DNA of 32,000 nucleotides from Verrucomicrobia bacterium UBA3869 (GTDB lineage Bacteria; Verrucomicrobiota; Verrucomicrobiia; Opitutales; UBA9783): NCBI GenBank assembly GCA_002392285.1, contig DGGR01000022.1, positions 24,712 to 56,711 of the forward strand, read 5' to 3'. Shown piece by piece: positions 26,670 to 32,000 of this stretch (position 1 is its first letter; each line of letters starts with the position of its first letter). The notes under the pieces were generated by a model. It saw only the letters and a program-made list of their open reading frames with translations, ran no database searches and was not told where the DNA came from. The position numbers and the translations under genes were made by a program.

Positions 26670-27467
26670 TTACATGAATTTTTTAAGGAATTGCCGCGTG
26701 CGTTCATCTTTAGGATTGATGAAAATCTCATCTTCATCGGAAATTTCAATGAACTGCCCCTGTTCCATATAAATGATGTAATCTGATGCGTCTTTTGCAA
26801 AACGCATTTCGTGGGTCACAATGATTTGCGTCATACCTTCTTGATCTAGGGTACGCATAACATCCAAAACTTCGTCGACGCGCGTCGGATCAATGGCTGA
26901 CGTGGGTTCGTCGTACAACATTACTTTGGGGGATAATGCCAACGCACGCGCTATGGCTCCTCGTTGTTGCTGTCCGCCGGATAATTGCATGGGGTAGCGA
27001 TGAGCAATGGATTTTAAACCTACTTTATCTAAAAAATTAAGGGCAATCGTTTCCGCTTCGTCGTAGCTCTTATGTTGAACTACCATTGGAGCTAGCATGA
27101 CGTTTTGCAATAGGGTTTTGTGCGGAAATAAATTGAGCGCCTGAAATACCATCCCTACATGTTGCCGCAATGCGTGCGCTGTGTTGCTGAATTGGGCGTC
27201 CGATTTATCGGTTTTCGCTTTAGGGCTGCGCGCTAGGGTGATTCCATCGATTTGTATAAAACCAGAATCGAGAATTTCCATCCCATTAAGACATCGCAAA
27301 AATGTGGATTTTCCGCATCCCGATGGCCCAATAATAGAAACCAAATCCCCTTCATCAATCGATACATCGATGGATTTTAAGATTTGTTCTTGATGGTAGT
27401 TTTTAACTAAATTACGAACCTGAATTAACGGCGCTACGGAATGCGTAATTCCCATTGACATAGACAC
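26670..27467 (-). CDS. glnQ: Polar amino-acid ABC transporter ATP-binding protein
   Basis: Walker A is GPSGCGKST, the signature is LSGGQQQR, Walker B is MLYDEPTSAID and the H-loop is VTHEM. The gene abuts the permease gene. Confidence 0.9.
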   Translation of the reverse strand: MSMSMGITHSVAPLIQVRNLVKNYHQEQILKSIDVSIDEGDLVSIIGPSGCGKSTFLRCLNGMEILDSGFIQIDGITLARSPKAKTDKSDAQFSNTAHALRQHVGMVFQALNLFPHKTLLQNVMLAPMVVQHKSYDEAETIALNFLDKVGLKSIAHRYPMQLSGGQQQRGAIARALALSPKVMLYDEPTSAIDPTRVDEVLDVMRTLDQEGMTQIIVTHEMRFAKDASDYIIYMEQGQFIEISDEDEIFINPKDERTRQFLKKFM

Positions 27468-27514
27468 TCACTCCTAAATCTCATTGTTCAACTTATGTTC
27501 TACTTAATAAAACC

Positions 27515-27589
27515 TGGAGCGAGTGATGGGATTCGAACCCACGACGTCCACCTTGGGAAGGTGGCGCTCTACCGCTGCGCTACACTCGC
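27515..27589 (-). tRNA. tRNA-Gly (anticodon CCC), CCA encoded
   Basis: The reverse complement is GCGAGTG-TA-GCGC-AGCGGTA-GAGC-G-CCACC-TTCCCAA-GGTGG-ACGTC-GTGGG-TTCGAAT-CCCAT-CACTCGC-T-CCA. It is a cloverleaf with one G.A in the D stem and discriminator U, as in Gly tRNAs. Confidence 0.88.
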
Positions 27590-27688
27590 ATTTTTCCCGT
27601 AAGCCATGATGAACCAACCGCAAAAGCAGGATATAACTTACTGCTTCAATATCCAACAAGAAAGGGATCAAGAGCGCAAGGTTATTCG

Positions 27689-28243
27689 TTAATTTAGTGA
27701 TGGGTTTTCAGGCGAATCGGGGTTTTTTAGGAGAAACGGGTAGAATTTGAGCATGAGGGTATCCCACAATTTTGGATTATCGACCTCAAGAATTGATTGA
27801 AAGGTGAGGGGGATTGGTAACCACAATTTTTTCTGAATCTCATCGGTGAGCTGCCCTTCGCTCCAATCGATATACCCGCGAAATGCTTTGTAGCTAATGG
27901 AAGCGGATTCAGAGGTGGGTAAGTCAATGGGATTGCAATCGAAACGCCAATGGAGTTTGTGTTGCTTTGGATCTAGAACAAATCCCGTTAGGATAAGCTT
28001 ATTGGGGTGTATAGGGCCGCCTTGATAAACTGGAACGGAGGCTAAATGGTTTTGTGTGGCAGCATCGAAATCCTCTAGGGTTAAATACAGAGGATTGTTG
28101 ATGCATAAGCCGATGGGATGCCCTTTTTTACTATAACGGATGATAATGGCTACTTTACGCGCCCAGGAAGAGTTTTGTGGAAAATTGGACAGCAGGATCA
28201 GTCCAATGGGCGGGGTTTGTTTAAAGAGTGATTGAATATCCAT
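27689..28243 (-). CDS. YqgE/AlgH family protein (UPF0301)
   Basis: 184 aa. The pattern GLILLSN....SWARKVAIIIRYSKKGHPIGLCINNPL...VYQGGPI fits the family. Confidence 0.7.
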   Translation of the reverse strand: MDIQSLFKQTPPIGLILLSNFPQNSSWARKVAIIIRYSKKGHPIGLCINNPLYLTLEDFDAATQNHLASVPVYQGGPIHPNKLILTGFVLDPKQHKLHWRFDCNPIDLPTSESASISYKAFRGYIDWSEGQLTDEIQKKLWLPIPLTFQSILEVDNPKLWDTLMLKFYPFLLKNPDSPENPSLN

Positions 28244-28247
28244 TAGG

Positions 28248-28715
28248 TTAGAATTGTTCTAGGCCGATAGAAGCGTTTTGAAATAGCTGGGCTACTAAGG
28301 GGTCGTTTTTGTAATCCTCATGGAAGTAGCAGTGTTTAATTCCGGCTGCGAGTAGGATTTTTGCGCAATGGATGCAGGGATAATGGGTGACGTACGCGAT
28401 GGCATTTTGCGTGGATGCACCTCGTTTGGCCGCGCCTGCAATAGCGTTTTGTTCAGCATGGACCGTTAACTGTTCATGGTCGTTGATAACGCAGCTTTGA
28501 TGGGGCAAGCCCGACAAATGGCCGTTGTATCCTGATGAAATGATACGATTGCCGTTTTCGGATACTAAAATGCATCCGACATGGAGCCGTTCGCAGGTTG
28601 ACCGGGCGGATAAAAGGATTGCGGCGGACATAAAATAAGCATTCCATGATGGACGTCCAGGTAACGATTGAACATACGTTTGTAGCGTATTGAGCCAAGA
28701 GCGTTCGTCTAACAT
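28248..28715 (-). CDS. dCMP deaminase / ComEB-type cytidine-deoxycytidylate deaminase
   Basis: The zinc motifs HAEQNAI and PCIHCAKIL are present. Confidence 0.85.
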   Translation of the reverse strand: MLDERSWLNTLQTYVQSLPGRPSWNAYFMSAAILLSARSTCERLHVGCILVSENGNRIISSGYNGHLSGLPHQSCVINDHEQLTVHAEQNAIAGAAKRGASTQNAIAYVTHYPCIHCAKILLAAGIKHCYFHEDYKNDPLVAQLFQNASIGLEQF

Positions 28716-28757
28716 TTATCCTTTATCCTTTTTTCAAAAGGGTATACGATTTTATCT

Positions 28758-29399
28758 GTGAAATCAAATATTTGGTATCGAACCGCTTGTTTTTTATTTC
28801 GCATTTCCTTTAGGGTGTTGTATCGGGGCACGGTTTACGGACTGGAAAACATTCCACGTAACGGCGGAGTTATTTTGGCAGGCAATCATGTGAGTTATTG
28901 GGACCCTCCTATGATTGTAAGCAATTGCAGGGTTCGTGAACCGATTTATTCATTTGCGCGGCGTACATTATTTAAAAAGGGGATAGGTTGGCTTTTTAGA
29001 CGCTTAGGTATGTTGGGCGTTGATCGTGACAAGGGAAATGATCTCCAAACTATTCGCCAGGTGCTTGATTTGTTGAACCGAGGTCAAATGGTTATTATGT
29101 TCCCAGAAGGGACTCGTTCGATAACGGGTGAATTGCAACGGGGGAAAAAGGGAATTGGGCTGTTTGTTATGAAAGCTCATGTACCGGTGGTTCCCGTGCG
29201 CATTTTTGGGACCTTCCAGGCTTGGCCAAAAGGAAAGGTTTTGCCAAATTTTAAACCGCGTTTACAGATTGTTTTTGGAAAACCCTTAATGCCGGATATC
29301 GATTTTAAAGAGTGTCAAACCAGCGCGGATCCGTTGCAGGCAATGAGCGATCGGGTGATGCAAGCGATTGGTGCAATCAAAAAACCGAAAGAATCCTAA
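28758..29399 (+). CDS. plsC: 1-acyl-sn-glycerol-3-phosphate acyltransferase
   Basis: It has the HX4D motif NHVSYWDP and FPEGTRS. GTG start per the ORF track. Confidence 0.85.
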   Translation: MKSNIWYRTACFLFRISFRVLYRGTVYGLENIPRNGGVILAGNHVSYWDPPMIVSNCRVREPIYSFARRTLFKKGIGWLFRRLGMLGVDRDKGNDLQTIRQVLDLLNRGQMVIMFPEGTRSITGELQRGKKGIGLFVMKAHVPVVPVRIFGTFQAWPKGKVLPNFKPRLQIVFGKPLMPDIDFKECQTSADPLQAMSDRVMQAIGAIKKPKES

Positions 29400-29403
29400 G
29401 ACA

Positions 29404-30702
29404 ATGGAACGCTTACTGATTGTTGATGACGAAAAGCATACGCGTGATGGTTTAGCGCAGGCGTTTGAGGACAAATTTGATGTATTTACGGCTTCGTCGC
29501 CCGAAGAAGCCTTTCGGTTGCTGGATACTGAACGTTTTGCGGTTGTTATTACGGATTTGCGGATGGGTCAGGCGAGCGGAATGAGCGTAATCGATAAAAC
29601 GCTGCAATTACCCAATCATCCGATTTGTATCCTAATGACGGCTTATGGCACCATTGAGGTAGCTGTTGAGGCTATGAAACATGGGGCTTATGATTTTATC
29701 AGTAAACCCATTCAACTGGATCAACTGGAATCCATGGTCGATCGCGCGATGATCGAGCGTTATCATCCTGAAAAACCGGCTGTATCGTCAGATGGAACCT
29801 CGAACATGCTAGGTTCGTCTCCTGCTTTTAATCGATTGATGCAGCAAATTCAATTGGTAGCTCCGACCAAAACAACCGTGTTGATTACCGGAGAAACTGG
29901 GACTGGTAAGGAATTGGTAGCGCATCAGTTGCATCAACTGAGTGTGCGCGCTGCTGAAAAATTTGTGCCTATCCACTGTGCGGCTTTGCCGGTGAATTTG
30001 TTGGAATCGGGTCTGTTTGGTTATGAGCGCGGTGCTTTTACAGGCGCTTTGCAACGCCGTATCGGTTTGTTCGAAACAGCCCAAAACGGTACCTTGTTTT
30101 TGGATGAAATTGGTGAAATCGATTTGCCGACTCAAATCAAACTGTTGCGCTTTTTGGAGACAAAAACCATTGAGCGCGTAGGAGGCACTCAGCCGATCCA
30201 CCTGGATGTACGTTTGGTATGCGCCACCAATCGAAACCTAAAAACAGAGGTGGAGCAGGGGCGTTTTCGTCAGGATTTGTATTATCGACTCAATGTGGTT
30301 GAAATCCACGTTCCTTCCTTAAGAGAGCGCCGGGAGGATATTATTCCTTTGGTTCAGCACTACTTAAAAGTTTTTGCGCGCGAAAACCATTTAAAAGCTC
30401 CTGTTCTGTCGCCCGAAGTTGCTGGTGTATTGGAAGGTTATCTGTGGCCTGGCAATGTCCGCGAATTGCGCAATTTTGCTGAAAATGCAGTGATTATGCA
30501 TGCGGGTAATACGCTTGGTTTGTCCGATATAAATGCAAAATTCTTAGCTCCGGAGGTATCCATAGGGTGTTCGCAAGATGAGGCGTCTATGCTTAGGCAG
30601 ATGCTTCAGAAAACGAATGGGAATAAATCTGAGATCGCACGGTTATTGAATATCCCACGGCGCACGCTTTACCGTAAATTACAAAAATATAAATTGTTGT
30701 AA
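29404..30702 (+). CDS. Sigma-54-dependent response regulator (NtrC/AtoC/CtcC family) with receiver, AAA+ and Fis-type HTH domains
   Basis: The start is taken at MERLLIVDDE, because the track start at 29368 overlaps plsC. The receiver has DD and TDLRM. Walker A is GETGTGKE. GAFTGA lies at nt 30031-30048. The C-terminal HTH is GNKSEIARLLNIPRRTLYRKLQKY. Confidence 0.9.
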   Translation: MERLLIVDDEKHTRDGLAQAFEDKFDVFTASSPEEAFRLLDTERFAVVITDLRMGQASGMSVIDKTLQLPNHPICILMTAYGTIEVAVEAMKHGAYDFISKPIQLDQLESMVDRAMIERYHPEKPAVSSDGTSNMLGSSPAFNRLMQQIQLVAPTKTTVLITGETGTGKELVAHQLHQLSVRAAEKFVPIHCAALPVNLLESGLFGYERGAFTGALQRRIGLFETAQNGTLFLDEIGEIDLPTQIKLLRFLETKTIERVGGTQPIHLDVRLVCATNRNLKTEVEQGRFRQDLYYRLNVVEIHVPSLRERREDIIPLVQHYLKVFARENHLKAPVLSPEVAGVLEGYLWPGNVRELRNFAENAVIMHAGNTLGLSDINAKFLAPEVSIGCSQDEASMLRQMLQKTNGNKSEIARLLNIPRRTLYRKLQKYKLL

Positions 30703-30771
30703 GCCTGCGCCTTTATAAGCTTGGCGTCTTAATATTTAGGCGATAGGAAATCGCTGCTATAAATAAAAGGC

Positions 30772-30799
30772 TTGACTTTTTTGATAATAAAGTTAAAAT
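30772..30799 (+). promoter_or_regulatory. Sigma-70-type promoter-like hexamer pair (TTGACT-16 nt-TAAAAT)
   Basis: Read directly in the AT-rich convergent intergenic region. It points toward the 3' end of mip. Confidence 0.2.
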
Positions 30800-30839
30800 T
30801 TTTTTATTAAAAATCACGATTTCCATGAAAATCAAGTTG

Positions 30840-30868
30840 ATTTTATGGGAATCATTATTTTTTGTCAA
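30840..30868 (-). promoter_or_regulatory. Sigma-70-type promoter-like hexamer pair (TTGACA-17 nt-TAAAAT)
   Basis: The minus strand reads TTGACA (30868..30863), a 17-nt spacer, then TAAAAT (30845..30840). It points toward the 3' end of the NtrC-like gene. Confidence 0.25.
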
Positions 30869-30889
30869 GCTGAAAAACGCAAGAGCCAA

Positions 30890-31741
30890 TTATCTTGACT
30901 TTTGCGTTTCTGATTTGGCTTCTTCCGTAACCGGTTTGATAACCTTCTGCAATTTGATTTCAAATACCAAGGTAGAACCTGCAGGGATATCGGGGATATC
31001 ATATTCTCCATAGGCTAAATTATCCGGTGTGTAAAGCTCGATTTCTCCGCCTTCACCGATTAACGCTAAGCCTTCTTTGATGCCCGGGATGACGTTCTTG
31101 ATGCTCAATGTGACAGGTTTTTTGTCATCCGAACGGTCGAAAATGGTACCATCAGTGCGCTTACCTACGTATAGGATTTCAACCTTATCTTCGTCGGCTA
31201 CGCGTACTTTGTTTCCGCTGTGATTAATTTTATATGCTAAGCCGGAAGGAGTCTTTTTAATGGATGAATCTTGGGACATGGCATCCTTGAGCCAAGCTTC
31301 ACCCTTAGCACGGTTGTTTTTAGCGATTTCTTTGATTTCGTTCTGACGTTTTTCCTGGTTTTCTGAAAAGCGTTTTTCCATAAAATTTCGTAGATCATCG
31401 TTATTGGCACCTAAATCATAGGGAGCTTTTTCATTGTTTAAGGCAGATTTAATGCCGGCCATGAATGCCTCTGCTTCTTGACCTTGCATATCTAGGTTTT
31501 TGAGACCGCTTTGCATGAATTGCATCCATCCAAGTGTTTTGAAATGGAGTAATTTTTGTTCTTGAGAAAGAGGGGCTTTGGCTTCGCTTGCATTTTTTGC
31601 AGTTTCAGCTACCGATGGATTTTGTGTACCTTCAACCGTCGCTGCTAATAAGGGGAAGGTTACCATGCTAGAACTGATGAACAATAATTGTTTAAAAAGC
31701 TTCATAGTTTTTATAAAAAAGTATTTTGAGTATTTCGTCAA
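30890..31741 (-). CDS. mip: Mip-type FKBP peptidyl-prolyl cis-trans isomerase (secreted)
   Basis: The C-terminal FKBP domain shows VEILYVGKRTDGTIFD...VIPGIKEGLALIGEGGEIELYTPDNLAYG...PAGSTLVFEIKL. An N-terminal helical dimerisation-type region is present. The likely start is the Met at 31705 (MKLFKQLLFISSSMVTFPLLAA signal peptide). Confidence 0.85.
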   Translation of the reverse strand: MTKYSKYFFIKTMKLFKQLLFISSSMVTFPLLAATVEGTQNPSVAETAKNASEAKAPLSQEQKLLHFKTLGWMQFMQSGLKNLDMQGQEAEAFMAGIKSALNNEKAPYDLGANNDDLRNFMEKRFSENQEKRQNEIKEIAKNNRAKGEAWLKDAMSQDSSIKKTPSGLAYKINHSGNKVRVADEDKVEILYVGKRTDGTIFDRSDDKKPVTLSIKNVIPGIKEGLALIGEGGEIELYTPDNLAYGEYDIPDIPAGSTLVFEIKLQKVIKPVTEEAKSETQKSR

Positions 31742-31770
31742 ATTTTTTCGCTTTGTATAAGGATTTAAGC

Positions 31771-32000
<230 letters not shown>

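Noticed and set aside
30771-30870. Inverted copies of GCTTGAC about 85 nt apart
   Set aside because: Only 7 bp are complementary and the flanking A/T runs do not pair. The repeats are simply the two TTGAC -35-like hexamers, not a structured element or a transposon end.
30825-31013. 62-aa plus-strand ORF starting in the NtrC-like/mip intergenic region
   Set aside because: Two thirds of it runs antisense through the conserved FKBP domain coding region of mip. It has no SD, and its sequence is hydrophobic and low-complexity. It is likely spurious, although it lies downstream of the plus-strand promoter-like hexamers.

Overview
The window is a compact, mostly housekeeping chromosomal segment at roughly 40-45% G+C by eye. 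It has no rRNA, CRISPR array, transposase or integrase. The gene set points to a PVC-group bacterium, most plausibly an environmental Chlamydiae-like organism: a Mip-type FKBP, an LcrH/Scc-type T3SS chaperone with a translocator, an NtrC/CtcC-like sigma-54 activator, a PFK-family paralog, an AmiA-type amidase and a fused amino-acid ABC binding/permease protein. This placement is inference, not a database result.

A long plus-strand block (1301-8279) carries hup, rpoZ-like, smpB, ydeI-like, glyA, tmk, holB, tal and metG. A minus-strand block follows with lepA, fabD, a PFK-like gene and tRNA-Arg(ACG). Next come a DEDDh exonuclease, a GspL/GspM-like (or PilMN/PilO-like) membrane pair, a ClpX paralog without a zinc finger, and tkt.

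The most interesting region is 18719-22641 on the minus strand. It is a tightly packed, visibly AT-richer three-gene module wedged between tkt and infC. It encodes a large unknown protein, a class II (LcrH/SycD-type) TPR chaperone, and a hydrophobic translocator with an IpaB-like PTLKAP chaperone-binding motif. It has no second translocator and no apparatus genes nearby. A sequence matching the sigma-54 -24/-12 spacing sits just upstream of it. A sigma-54 enhancer-binding protein with GAFTGA and an HTH is encoded about 7 kb away.

The remainder holds infC, amiA-like, psd, glnPQ-like ABC genes, tRNA-Gly(CCC), yqgE, a dCMP deaminase, plsC, the NtrC-like regulator, mip and the 3' end of serS. All functional calls come from motifs read in the translations. 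No similarity search could be run.
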